Assembly (NCBI RefSeq): GCF_009914755.1
Contig: NC_060940.1
Length of the DNA: 64,000 nt
Strand: one strand, 5' to 3'
Source: the human T2T-CHM13v2.0 reference genome, Homo sapiens
Within the stretch, counting starts at the first letter, position 1; each line of letters begins with the position of its first letter. The notes under the pieces are model-generated. The model ran no database searches, was not told where the DNA came from, and worked only from the letters and a program-made list of their open reading frames with translations. The translations under genes were made by a program, and so were the position numbers. Below, in pieces: positions 35,305 through 50,098 of this stretch.

Positions 35305-37440
35305 CTTTGTGGTTTTATCTACCTTTGGTCTTTGATGATGGTGATGTACAGGTGGGGTTTTGGTGTGGATGTCCTTCCTGTTTGTTAGTTTTCCTTCTAA
35401 CAGTCAGGACCCTCAGCTGCAGGTCTGTTGGAGTTTGCAGGAGGTCCACTCCAGACCCTGTTCCCCTGGGTATCAGCAGCAGAGGCTGCAGTACAGCGAA
35501 TATAGCTGAACAGCAAATGTTGCTGCCTGATCGTTCCTCTCGGAGCTTCGCCTTAGAGGGGTACCCGGCTATGTGAGGTGTCAGTCTGCCCCTATGGGGG
35601 GTGCCTCCCAGTTAGGCTACTCGGGGGTCAGGGACCCACTTGAGGAGGCAGTCTGTCCGTTCTCAGATCTCAGAGTCTGTGCTGGGAGAATGACTACTCT
35701 CTTCAAAGCTGTCAGACAGGGACATTTAAATCTGCAGAGTTTTCTGCTGCCTTTTGTTCGGCTATGCCCTGCCCCCAGAGGTGGAGTCTACAGAGGCAGG
35801 CAGACCTCCTTGAGCTGTGGTGGGCTCCACTGGGCTGCTTTGTTTACCTACTCAAGCCTCAGCAATGGTGGGCGCCCCTCCCCCAGCCTCACTGCTGCCT
35901 TGCAGTTAGATCTCAGACTGCTGTGCTAGCAATGAGTGAGGCTCCGTGGGTGTGGGACCCTCTGAGCCAGGTGCAGGATATAATCTCCTGGTGTGCTGTT
36001 TGCTGAGACCCTTGGAAGAGCGCAGTATTACAGTGAGAGTGACCTGATTTTCCAAGTGCCGTCTGTCATGGCTTCCCTTGGCTAGGAAAGGGAATTCCCT
36101 GACCCCTTGCGCTTCCTGGCTGAGGCAATGCCTCGCCCTGCTTCAGCTCTCGCTCAGTGGGCTGCACCCACTGTCCTGCACCCACTGTCTGACACGCCCC
36201 AGTGAGATGAACCCAGTACCTCAGTTGGAAATGCAGAAATCACCCATCTTCTGCGTTGCTCACGCTGGGACCTGTAGACTGGAGCTGTTCCTATTTGGCC
36301 ATCTTGGGACCGTCTAGCTAAATATCCTCACTTCTTAATAAAATCACCTTGGGGATTAAGTTCCAACATATAAATTTTGGAGGAATACAAACATTCAGAC
36401 CATAGCATTCTGCTTCTGGCCTGAAAATTCATGTCCTTTTCACATGCAAGATACATTCATTACATCCCAGTAGCCCCAAAACTCTTCACTTTTTTCAGCA
36501 TCAACTCAAAAGTCTAAAGGCCAGAGTTTCATGTAAATATCATCTAAGTCAAATATGGATGGGATTCAAGGTAGGCAAATTGCTTTCCAATTGCAGACCT
36601 TTGAAATCAGTCATGTTATGTGCTTTCAAAATAAAATGGCAGGACAGGCATGGAATAGACATTCCCATTTCAAAAGGGGAAAAATAGGAAGAAAGGAATA
36701 ACTGGTTCCAAGTAAGTCCAAGGCCCAGGAGGGCAAATCTTAAGTCTTGAAGATAATCTTTACACTGGGGCAAGGGTTGGGCCCCCAAGGCAGCCTCATG
36801 GCTTTGCTGGGCATAAACCATGCTGCAGTTCTCATGGGTGGGATTGTTATGCCTGCAGCTCTCCCAGACTGGAGTTGCACGTGGGTGGCTCTGTTAATTT
36901 CTGATTGATCTCTCTGTGGTGGCTCCTCCCCTGTGACAGTTCACTGCTGGGGCCCTGAGGCCCTTCAGAATATCCTTTGAAATCTAGGTGGAGGTAGCCA
37001 TACCTCCATAGTTCTTGCACTCTGTGCCCCTGCAGAATTAGCACAATGTGGGTGCTGCTAAAGTTTAACACCAGCACCCTTCAGAGGGAAAGTCATTGCA
37101 GCCTGCATTGCACCTGGGCTCACTGGAGCCACATCTGGGATGACTGAGCATCTCTGTGCCAGAATACAGGGAACAGAAACTTGAGGTGGCACAGTGAAGT
37201 GAGTGCTGAGGTCCCACGATACCTGAGGACCCTTTTTTGACATAATTCTGTCCCTCAGGCCTTGGCATTCTGGTCCTGTGATGGCAGTGGCAGCCCCCAT
37301 GATCTCTAAAACACTTTTGAGGTCAGTCTTCCATTGTCTTAACAGATAGCATCTAGCTTCCTTCTATCCATACTAATCACCTTATTAAATGTTTGCTTGG
37401 CCATGATCTTGGTGTTCTCTCTTGAATACATTTTTTTATT

Positions 37441-37738
37441 CTTTTTTTTTTTTTTTCCCGACAGAGTCTCGCTCTGTTGCCCAGGCTGGAGTGCAGTGGC
37501 ATGATCTTGGGTCACTGCAACCTCTGCCTCCCATGTTCAAGTGATTCCCTGCCTCAGCCTCCCGAGTGGCTGGGATTACAGGTGCCTGCCACCATGCCCA
37601 GCTAATTTTTGCATTTCTAGTAGAGACGGGGTTTCACCATGTTGGCCAGGTTGGTCTCAAACTCCTGTCCTCAAGTGATCCACCTGTCTCGGCTTCCCAA
37701 AGTGGTGGGATTACAGGCGTGAGCCACCATGCCTGGCC
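37441..37738 (-). mobile_element. AluS-like in the MaLR internal region
   Basis: Reverse-complement Alu; CATTTTT(TT)ATTC duplicated. Confidence 0.9.
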
Positions 37739-38429
37739 GCATTTTTATTCTTTACAACATGGGCAGGGTGAGGATTTTCCATATCTTTAAGTTCTGTTTC
37801 TCTTTTGATTATTAGTTTAATCTTTAATTTGTGTCTCTCCTCTTGCAGTTTATTATAAGCAGTCCAGAGAAACCATTCTGCACTCTCAAAAGTGTGCAGA
37901 TTTCTTTTGCCAAATATCTTATTTTGTTGCTCAAAAGTTCTATTTTCCACAAAACGTTAGGACACAAACACAATTAAGCCAAGTTAATTGAAACTTTATA
38001 ACAAGAATCACCTTTCCTCCAGTTTCCTATAACACGTTCCTAATTTCCATGGGAGACCTCATCGGAATGACCTCTACTGTTTATATTTCTACCAACATTC
38101 TAATAGTGACCACTTAGGTAATCTCTAAGAAGACTGAGGCTTTCTCTTCAGCTCTCTTCTTTTTCTGAGCCCTTACCAAATTGCCCTTAAGACTCCTTTC
38201 ATGGCAATGTACTTCAGAACTTTTCCAGCTTCTGCCCATTACTCAATTTCAAAGCTGCTTCCACATTTTAAGATATTTGTTATAGTAGCACTCCACTTCT
38301 CAGTGCCAATTTCAGTCATAGCCTGCTCAGATAGCTATAACAAAGTACCTTAGACTGGCTAATTTACAAACAACAGAAATTAACTGCTTACAGTTCTGGA
38401 TACTGGGAAGTCCAAGATTAAGGTGCTAG

Positions 38430-38874
<445 letters not shown>

Positions 38875-39662
38875 AAGGCCTCACTTCTTAATACAGTCAC
38901 ACTGAGGATTAAATTCCAACATATGAATTTTGGAGGAACGCAAACGTTCAGACTATAGCACTGAGTGCTGGATATTTTTGTACCTCTATAAATATTTTTG
39001 AGGTTTGTTCTGGGACACATTTAAGTTACTTGGAAGTAGTTTGATCCTTTCAGGTATTTCTTTTAAGAATTATTAGATGGGACTGGAGCAGAGCTCAGTG
39101 TAGGGATAATTATTTTCCATGACTGAGGCAAAACCCTACTGTGTACTCTACCCAGTGACTTATGAGTCCTGTGGTTTTCTAATCTTGCTGGTGGGAATAG
39201 GCACTATTTCAAGGCCTGTTTGAACATTGGATACTTTAATCTTTTTGGATGGTTCTTTCCCTGGCCTGGGTAGTTTCCTGACATATATGCATGGATCAGT
39301 CAGTACTCATTATACACTTGTAGGGCACCCTGTGCAGATCTCTGGAGTTCTGTCTCTGTGCACTTCCCTCCTCTCTGTTACTTTGTGCTGTGAACTCTAG
39401 CTACTTTCTTATTGGACTTGGCAGTTGGTTTGTCTTCGCAACTCAGCAAGTCTGCAAGGCTCAGCCTGGTTTCCCCTCCGTGTGCAGAGGTCTGAAAACT
39501 CTCTTAAGAGAGTACAGTGGGGCAATCCTTTGGCTCATCTTATTTGTTTCCCATCTGCAGGGGCTCACAGCCTTTGTTGCCTAAATGTTCAGTATATCTT
39601 GAAAATTTTGTTTTACATATTTGTTCTGGTTTTTTGTTTTGTTTTTTTGAGCCTGATTGTGA

Positions 39663-40092
<430 letters not shown>

Positions 40093-40169
40093 TTTGTCTA
40101 TTTTTTTGTGGTTTTAGATGTCTCTGTTATTCTATCTTATGTGTCCAATTTAATTTTAATTTAATTTTA

Positions 40170-41693
40170 TTGTTTTTGAGAGCCTTGCTCTAACTTCCAT
40201 CTCCTGGGTTCAAGAACTCCTGCCTCAGCCTCCTGAGTAGCTGGGATTATAGGCACGCACCACCACGCCTGGCTAATTTTTGCATTTTTAGTAGAGACAA
40301 GGCTTCGTCATGTTGGCAAGGCTGGTCTTGAACTCCTGATCTCAGGTGATCCGCCCACCTCGGCCTCCCGAAGTGCTGGTGTGTCCGGAATCGGTGGGTT
40401 CTTGGTCTCACTGACTTCGAGAATGAAGCCACGGACCCTTGCGGTGAGTGTTACAGTTCTTAAAGGCAGCGTGTCTGGAGTTTGTTCCTTCTGATGTTCA
40501 GATGTGTTTGGAGTTTCTTCCTTCTGGTGGGTTCGTGGTCTTGCTGGCTCAGGAGTGAAGCTGCAGACCTTCGCGGTGAGTGTTACAGCTCTTAAGGTGG
40601 TGCGTCTGGAGTTGTTCTTTCCTCCCGGTGGGCTCGTGGTCTTGTTGGCTTCAGGAGTGAAGCTGCAGCCCTTCACGGTGAGTGTTAACAGCTCATAAAG
40701 GCAGTGTGGACCCAAAGAGTGAGCAGTAGCAAGATTTATTGCAAAGAGTGAAAGAACAAAGCTTCCACAGTGTGGAAGGGGACCCAGGCCGGTTGCCACT
40801 GCTGGCTCCAGCAGCCTGCTTTTATTCGCTTATCTGGCCCCACCCACATCCTGCTGATTGGTAGAGCCGACTGGTCTATTTTGACAGGGCACTGATTGGT
40901 GCGTTTACAAACCTTGAGCTAGATACATAGTGCCGATTGGTGTATTTACAATTCCTGAGCTAGACATAAAGGTTCTCCACTTCTCCACCAGACTCAGGAG
41001 CCCAGCTGGCTTCACCCAGTGGATCCCACACCGGGGCTGCAGGTGGAGTGGCCTGCCAGTCCTGTGCCGTGCGCCCGCACTCCTCAGCCCTTTGGTGGTC
41101 GATGGGCCTGGGTGCCGTGGAGCAGGGGGCCGCGCTCATCTGGGAGGCTCCAGCTGCACAGGAGCCCATGGAGGGGGTGGGAGGCTTAGGCATGGCGGGC
41201 TGCAGGTCCTGAGCCCTGCCCCGCGAGAAGGCAGCCAAGGCCTAGTGAGAAATCGAGCGTAGCGCCGGTGGGCTGGCACTGCTGGGGGACCCAGTACACC
41301 CTCCGCAGCCGCTGGCCTGGGTGCTAAGCCCCTCATTGCCCGCGGCGGCAGGGCTGGCAGGGCCGGCTGCGCTGCCGGCTGTTCCGAGTGTGGAGCCCAC
41401 CAAGCCCATGCCTACCTGGAACTCCAGCTGGCCCAGAAGCGCCGGGTGCAGCCCCGGTTCCCGCTCGCGCCTCTCCCTCCACACCTCCCTGCAAGCTGAG
41501 GGAGCCGGCTCTGGCCTTGGCCAGCCTAGAAAGGGGCTCCCACAGTGCAGTGGTGGGCTGAAGGGCTCCTCAAGTGCTGCCAAAATGGGAGCCCAGGCAG
41601 AGGAGGCGCCGAGAGCAAGCGAGGGCTGTGAGGACTGCCAGCACGCTGTCACCTCTCAACTGGGATTACAGGCATGAGTCACTGCACCCAGCT
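40170..41693 (-). mobile_element. Alu split by an LTR12C insertion (Alu parts 40170-40379 and 41659-41693)
   Basis: ...AAGTGCTGG | LTR | ACTGGGATTACAGGC... rejoins. Confidence 0.85.
40380..41658 (-). mobile_element. Solo LTR12C (ERV9), CpG-rich
   Basis: Termini TGTGTCCGGAAT...CACCTCTCA; CCAAT units (CTGATTGG), TATA-like TTTATT 40821-40826, GC-rich U3; TSD (G/A)CTGG. Confidence 0.95.
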
Positions 41694-41799
41694 GCGTGCC
41701 CAGTTTTAAATATAAAAATATATATAATTTAAAAAGACCTAAAATTAGCCGTCACCTTATATTCTAGAAATAACTACTATTGACTTTTTAAAATGTCTT

Positions 41800-42050
41800 C
41801 CACAAATCTTGTATGCTGTGTAGTAAAAACGGTTTTTGGGGTCAGAGACTTGGGACTAAATCTGCCACTTATTTTCTGTGTCATCTTTTATAAATTATTA
41901 AAACTCTTTAGTTTTGAATTTCTCATCTAAAATGTAGAGGTAATGATATTTATCTCATGAGTTGCTGCGAGGACTAAATAAAACTGTATTTGTAAAACAC
42001 CTAGTACAGTGCCAGGTATATCACGAATGCCTGAGAATGGGCAGTTAATG
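41800..42050 (+). mobile_element. MIR remnant
   Basis: TTTCTCATCTAAAATG...TGTAAAACACCTAGTACAGTGCC. Confidence 0.6.
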
Positions 42051-43397
42051 CTTATGGTTATGAGTTAGGGAAAAACAAGGCAGAGAGAAGCAGATTTGAG
42101 CAATCTGTGTGCCTTGGGAAAAATGACAAAAACTGTTTTGGTGCCTCCTGCTATGGCAGTTTTGGGCATGAGACCCCTGATGCTTGCATTTGGTGGCAAT
42201 TCAGAAAGTTTCATGGTTGGGTTGCGTGAAAAATGTAGCTAGGGTGGAGGAACACAGGAGTCCATGTTGAAGATGTGGACAAATGGGTATCAATGTAGCA
42301 TAATAATCACCATCATAGAGAAGGAAAATCAGAGTGACAGAGCTGGGGGAATAATGAGGGGTTCACCCATGCAGCCCTAAAAAGAAAACCCATTCGGTTT
42401 CACATGCAGATAAAAAATAAAACTCATCCAGTCAGTCCAAGCTTCAGTGGACTAGTTCTTTAGTTCTAGAATTGCTTGTTCTTTGGACAGAGAGGAAAGT
42501 GGAATGGTTGATTTCAGCATGAAAAAAGGGCTTAGCTAAAGGCAAATTGAGGCTCTTTTTAACCTCTAAGAGCTCTATGCATAATACGATCTAGCTTTTT
42601 TTATTCTCCCTTGATGGGTTTTAAAAATATCAAATTACATCATTTGCTGTTGCTACTAGTTGAAGCTTTTAACTCCCTATCTTGTTTGGGCCAGGCATGG
42701 TGTGGAAGGTGACTCAAGGTCAGTAATTTGGTCTCTGCTCCTAAGTTATCACTCTGTGTTTCTTTCTGTCTTTCTTCCATAGATAAAAGGGGCCCATGAG
42801 CACTGTCGTCTGTTGAGTGACTTTCATTTTTAACTTTAAAAGAGGTTGTCTGAAGGCTTACAAAATTTCCCAAGGTGGGAGTTTTAATATTCAGAGATGC
42901 AGCCTGCTTTTTGGAAGCTGAATTCTTTTGTTACTGACAAAAATCAGAAAAGCTCTGGAGTTTGGGGGGAAAGATTCTTGTTTTTAAAATTGCTTCTGAA
43001 ATCATTGTGTTATTGTTAGAAAAATGTTCACTTTGTGGATAATGGGGCCATAATTCCAATCCCCATGCCAGCCCTGCCCCAGGAGCTCAGTGCTGCATGC
43101 TGCCTGCTGCATCGGTTATGGGCTCTTTGTATTGCCTTTTGAGCTGGGGTCAGGCATTCCAAAATATCTCTTTCAGTTCAACACAGTCATCTTGTGGTTT
43201 ATATTAAAAAAATACTGGGGTGTCACTCAAACCTCCTCTTTCTTAAAGGGCAGAAATTAAATACATGGGGACCCCAGTCTTTATTACTGGCCAGGGCATG
43301 CCACCAGGACCAAGATTATGAACTATGGAAAGAGCACCACTGAAGCAAAATAGTGCTTAAACTTGAAAATTTTCTTCCATATCTCCTATGCATTGCA

Positions 43398-43628
43398 TAG
43401 TGCAAGGTTATTTAAGTTTGGCACTATTGGCATTTTGTGCTGGGTAATTCCTTGTAGTGGGGGTGCTGTCCTTTGTTGGATGTTTGGCAGCATCCCTGGC
43501 TTCCACTTACTGAATGTCAGTAGCACCCCTTCCTACTTCCAGTTCTGACAACCAAAAATGTCTTCAGACACTGCCAAATGTCCCCAGGTAGGAAGAGGGG
43601 CAAGATCACCCCTGATTGAGAACTGTTG
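43398..43628. mobile_element. MER20 (hAT-Charlie) MITE
   Basis: GGCACTATTGGCATTTTG...CAGCATCCCTGGC...GACAACCAAAAATGTCTTCAGACACTGCCAAATGTCCCC. Confidence 0.85.
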
Positions 43629-44074
43629 GCACAGTAGGTAGAATCCTGGGCTTGGAATCAGGCAGACCTGGGTAAAATGTGACTATTCTTTATCAGCTGG
43701 TTGGCTTTGGGATAGTTAATTGACCTTTTAGGTCTCAGTAGCTTCATAGGGATGTAAAATAGGGATGTGATTACCTACTACATATGCTTGTTCTAAGGTC
43801 TAAGAGAAACAATGCCTGTAATAGCACAATGCCTGCTAAGTCTCTTCCTTTGCTGCCTCGCCTTCCTCCCTGGATTCCTTCCCCATCAGCTTCTTACTTC
43901 CCCATCTTACTTCCCCATCAACTGCTGCTGGCCTTGGTCTTAGGTGGCTCATAATATTCTAATTTTCTTTCTTTTTTAGAGTTTTAATTTTTATTAGTCT
44001 TAATTTTACTTTTTATATTACACAGAACACTAAAAGGTTGAAAGAGAAAAAGATAAGCATAAAATAGCATTTCT

Positions 44075-44430
44075 TTATTTTTTAAAATTTTATTTTATTT
44101 TAGTTTCGGGGGTACGTGTGCATGTTTGTTACATAGGTATATTGCCTACTGGTGGGGATTGGGCTTCTAGTGTACCCGTTACCTAAATAGTGAACGTTGT
44201 ACCTGATAGGTAATTTTTCAACCCTCACCCATCTCCCCCTCCCATCTTTTGGAACCCTCAGTGTCTATTATTTTCATTCATATGTCCATGTGTACCCATT
44301 AGCTTCCTCTTATAAGTGAGAGCATGTGGTGTTTGGTTCTCTGTTTCTTAGTTAGTTTACTTAGGATAATGGTCTCTGCCTCCATCCATGTTGCTGCAAA
44401 GAATATGATTTCATTCCTTTTTATGGCTGC
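44075..44430 (-). mobile_element. L1 (old PA/PB) 3' end fragment
   Basis: GGGGGTACGTGTGCATGTTTGTTACAT...TTCCTTTTTATGGCTGC. Confidence 0.8.
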
Positions 44431-44639
44431 AAGAATTCTGATTTTCTTACTGAGATCTGATGTTGTCTTTCATGGCTTGGTTCCTGACCTGTGACCCAAT
44501 GGTGACTCTTTTGTTCTACATTAATAGGCTTTGGTGCTGGGAAGGTCTGCATAACATTTATGGGGTCATGCTTTGTTATCTGAACTACCATCTCAATATC
44601 TTTTAGTCCACTGAATTCAAAGGATCAGGCACACATGTG

Positions 44640-45400
44640 ATAAACATCAGGAAGAATTCCAGGTCACCCAGAGAAAGAAGTTTGGAACATCATGGTGAGA
44701 ACCTGCGGGAGGGCATTATTGAGAGAAGACTCACTTTTCTTGGGAATGGATTACACATGAGCACACGGCTCCTGCTTAAAGTTGTTTAGATACAGTCCAG
44801 TTTTGGAAGAACAAGAATAAAAGTTCTCGTAATGTCGCTAAGAGGAAATATGTCTAGAGTGAATTCTAAAAAGTGGTGATGTGATTTACCACAATAAATC
44901 AATAATATTAGAACCTGGTATACACAAAGAGCAGTGAAATCAGAATTGAAAGATACATTTGAGGTCATCAGGCTCTATCTCCTCTAAAACATAGTTATCT
45001 AACTTCTCTACAGCATTCCTGATTTGTGTCTCTCCTTGAATACCTTGAAAGATGGGGCTATCACTGTGTTCTCAGACAGTTTACTCCATATTGAATGCTT
45101 GTGAGAAAACAATGCAAGTGCGATATGAGACCAAAATCTACGTCCTAGAAACCACTACACATTGATCCTTGCTATGGTTTCTGTAACTACATGAATAAGA
45201 CTAAGTAAGACTCAGAGAGACTACCATCTATGGGATATTTCTTTTCAAAAAATTACATTTTTCTTCAGTTCTCTTCTATGATAGCATTCTAAGGATATAC
45301 TCCACCTGCGCAGATGTGGACATCATGTTCCAGATGTCTGAATAGTGCAGACCTCATTTATTAATCTAGTTTGTTATCCAATTTATTGTTTGAGCAGACA
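44640..45400. mobile_element. Possible L3/CR1 remnants
   Basis: CTTGAATACCTTGAAAGATGGGGCTATCACT resembles L3 motifs; highly diverged. Confidence 0.35.
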
Positions 45401-45531
45401 TAGCACAGGGTTGGGGCTCAACATGACCTGTAGCCAACTAAAACTCTTAGGTTCTAATTGCAGTTAATCTGAGCTGATCTTTTGAAAGTGAAAATAATGA
45501 CATGTTTTGGTGGTGCAACAATTTTTATTTA

Positions 45532-45837
<306 letters not shown>

Positions 45838-46056
45838 TATTTTGTAGTTTAAACCAAGAAAATTTGGATTTGCATTTTTGCTCCATAACTTATTAGGAGG
45901 TCCTTCTATTTTTTTGAAGATCAGTTTCTTAATAGAAAGGGTAATGGTACATATTTGAAGGACTTTTGTAAGTATTAGAAATAATTATATAGAGTATTTG
46001 TCGGTTACTGGGTACTCTATGTATGGTAAATACTTGATTTATAATTTTAAGATTTA

Positions 46057-46431
<375 letters not shown>

Positions 46432-46717
46432 TTAACATTTACATATATTAAAATTTACCCTTTAGAGTGTATATTTCTGTGAATGTTGACAAATATATAG
46501 ATATGTGGCTACTATTGTAATCAAGATATGAAACAGTTTCATCACCCCCCAAAATTCTCCTATGCCCCCTTTTAGTCAATCCCTCCCTCTAACCTGGACT
46601 CTTGACAACCACTAACATGTTTTCTGTCCTTAGAACGTTGCCTTTCTAAGAATATTAAATAAATGGAACCATACAATGTTAACATTTTAGATCTGGCTTA
46701 TTTCACTTAGCATAATG

Positions 46718-47243
46718 CAGGGGTCGCCAGCCCTGGGCCACGGACTGGCACCAGTCTGTGACCTGTTAGGAAGCAGGCTGCACAGCAGGAGGTGAGCGAG
46801 TGAAGCTTCATCTCTATTTACATCTGCTCTCCATAGCTCACATTATTGCCTGAGCTCCGTCTTCTGTCAGATCAGCTGTGCCATTAGATTCTCATAGGAG
46901 CATGCAGTTCCTATTGTAAATTGCACATGCGAGGGATCTAGGTTGCGTGCTTTTTATGAGAATCTAATGCTTGATGATCTGTCACTGTCTCCCATCACCC
47001 CCAGATGGGACTGTCTAGTTGCAAGAAAGCAAGCTCAGGGCTCCCGCTAATTCTACATTATGGTGACTTGCATAATTATTTCATTATATATTACAGTGTA
47101 ATAACAATAGAAATAAAGTACACAATAATGCGCTTGAATCATCCCAAAACCATCCCCCTGCCCCTCACCCCCAACTCCTCGTCTGTGGAAAAATTGTCTT
47201 CCACGAAACCGGTCCCTGGTGCCAAAAAGAGTGGGGACTGCTG
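46718..47243. mobile_element. MER1A (hAT-Charlie3) with perfect 8-bp TSD
   Basis: CAGGGGTC...GGGACTGCTG termini; TSD GCATAATG at 46710-46717 and 47244-47251. Confidence 0.9.
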
Positions 47244-47271
47244 GCATAATGCATTTGAGATTCGTTTGTGT

Positions 47272-47510
47272 TATTTTTTGGCTCACTGCATCCTCTGCCT
47301 CCTGGGTTCAAGTGATTCTCCTGTTTCAGCCTCCTGAGTAGCTGGGACTACAGGTGCCCGCCACAACACCTGGCTAATTTTTGTGTTTTTAGTAGAGATG
47401 GGGTTTCACCATGTTGGCAAGGCTGGTCTCAAACTCCTGACCTCAAGTGATCCACCTGCCTCAGCCTCCCAAAGTACTGGGATTACAGGCGTGAGCCACC
47501 ATGCCCGGCC
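47272..47510 (-). mobile_element. AluS-like lacking its 3' end
   Basis: Starts at TTTTTTTGGCTCACTGC. Confidence 0.85.
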
Positions 47511-48050
47511 TCATTTATGTTATTGTGTATATCAGTTCTTTTTAAAATTGCTGGGCAGTATATCATTGTATGGCTGTACCACAGTTTGTCCATTTCCCAG
47601 TTGAAGAACATTTGAGTTGCTTCCGGTTTTTGGCAAAGACGATGGAAACTGCTGTAAATATTTGCATACAGGTTTTTGTGTGAACATAGGTTTTCATTTC
47701 ACTTGGGTAAAAACGTATACGTGGGATTGTTATGTTGTCTGAAAGCATATGTTTGACTTTATAAGAAACGGCTCTACTATTTTTCAAAGTGTCAGTATCA
47801 TTTTGCATTCCCACCAGCAATGTAGGAGAATTCTGGCTGCTGTGCGTTCTCACTGACTCTTGGTATTGTTGGTTTTTCTTTCTTTTTTAGTCATTCCAAT
47901 AGGGGTACAGTAGTATCACGTGGTTTTGATTTGCATTTACTTAATGATCAATAATGCTGAGAATCTTTACATGTGATTTTCATTCAGTTTGCATCTCTTC
48001 TTTGGTGAAGTGTCTGCTCAGATATTTTGTCCACTTCTTTTATTTTGTTG

Positions 48051-48360
48051 TGTCTTCATCCTTTCAGGCTGCTATAACAGAATACCATAGCCTGGGCAGC
48101 TTCTAAATAGCGGCAGATTCAGTGTCTGCTGAGGGCTAATTTCTGGCTCATAGATGGCACCTTCTAGCTGTGTCCTCATATGGTGGAAGGGGCAGGGCAG
48201 CTCTCTGGAGTCTTTTATAAGGGCACTAATCCCATTCATGAGGGCTCTGCTGCTGTGCCTTCTGACCTCATCACCTCCTCAAAGGTCCCACCTCTTAAGG
48301 GGATTAGGATTTCAATACAGGAATTTTTCAGGGAGGGGACATGCATATTCAGGCATCGCA
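48051..48360 (-). mobile_element. MST/MLT1A-like solo LTR with internal deletion
   Basis: TGTCTT...GGCTGCTATAACAGAATACCATAG...CTAATCCCATTCATGAGGG. Confidence 0.7.
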
Positions 48361-48486
48361 TGTAGTTTGTTTTCTTATTTCAAGAGTTATATATGCATTC
48401 CGAATACAGTTTTTCTGTCAGATATCGGATTTGCAAGTATTTTCCTTCATGGAATGTTGAATTGCAGTGATAAGAGTGTAATTTTT

Positions 48487-48843
<357 letters not shown>

Positions 48844-49469
48844 TTACCTGTTACCAGGTGAAGGAAGTTCCCTTCTATTCCTAGTTTCCTGAGAGCTTGT
48901 ATCATGAGTGGTTTTGAATTTTGCCAAAGGCTTTTTCTGCATCTATCAAGATGATTGTATTGTTCTTCTTTAGTCTGTTGTTATGGTGAATTACACTGAT
49001 TTTCAAATATTAAATCAGTTCTGTGTTCAAGAGATAAATTCCTGTTGGTCATAATCGATTATACTTTTGGTTTATTGTTGATTTTATTCACTAATATTTT
49101 GGTGATAATTTTCGTGTCTGTATTCATAGGGTGTATTATTCAGTAGTTTTCTTGGATCCTTTATCAGAGTATCAGGGTAATGCTGGACTCATAGAATGAG
49201 TTGAGAAGTGTTCTATCTTCTTCAATTTTCTGGAAAAGTTTGTGTAAAGTGGTATTATTTCTTCCTTAAATGCTTGGTAGAATTCACCAGTGAAGCCGTC
49301 TGAGCCTGGAGTTTTCCTTGTGGGAAGGCTTTTTAACTGCCAATTAATTTCTTTAATAGGCACAGGGCTATTCAGGTTATGTATGTTTCCTTCAGTGAGC
49401 TTTGTTAGTTTGTGTCTTCCAAGGAATTTGTCCATTTCCTTTAAGTTGTCAACTTTATTGGCATAAAGC

Positions 49470-49772
49470 TGTTTATTTATTTATTTATTTGAGGTGGGGT
49501 CTCACTCTGTCACCCAAGCTGGAGTGCAGAGGTGCAATCTTGACTCTCTATATCCTCCACCTCCTGGGCTCAAGTGATCCTCCCACCTCAGCCTCCTGAG
49601 TAGCTGAGACTACAGGCCTGAGCCACCATGTCCAGCTAATTTTTGTAGTTTTTGTAGAGACAGGATTTTTCCGTGTTATTCAGGATGATCTCAAACTCCT
49701 GAGCTCAAGTTATCCACTTGCCTTGGCCTCCCAAGATGCTGAGATTACAGGTGTGAGCCACTGCACCCAGCC
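49470..49772 (-). mobile_element. AluJ-like
   Basis: Reverse-complement Alu. Confidence 0.85.
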
Positions 49773-49811
49773 TACATTGTTTATTTTTATCTATCTATCT
49801 ACCATTTAATC

Positions 49812-50098
49812 TATTTGAGACAGAGTCTTGCTCTGTCACCCAGGCTAGAGTGCAGAAGTGCAATCACAGCTCACTGCAGTCTTGACCTCCTGGGCTCAAG
49901 TGATCCTCCCATTTCAACCTCCTGAGTAGCTGGGACTACAGGTGCACATCACGCCACCCAGATAATTTTTGCATTATGTGTAGAGACAGGGTTTAACCAT
50001 GTTTCCAGCCTTGGTCTTGAATCCTGGGCTCAAGCTATCCTCCTGCCTCAGACTTCCAAAGTGCTAGGATTACAGGTGTGAGCCACTGTGCCTGGCCA
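49812..50098 (-). mobile_element. AluJ-like
   Basis: Reverse-complement Alu. Confidence 0.85.

Noticed and set aside
40308-41677. GC-rich cluster of overlapping ORFs resembling a CpG-island gene
   Set aside because: Fully explained by LTR12C sequence.
43878-43920. Triplicated CTTCCCCATC unit
   Set aside because: Short local slippage duplication with no further structure.
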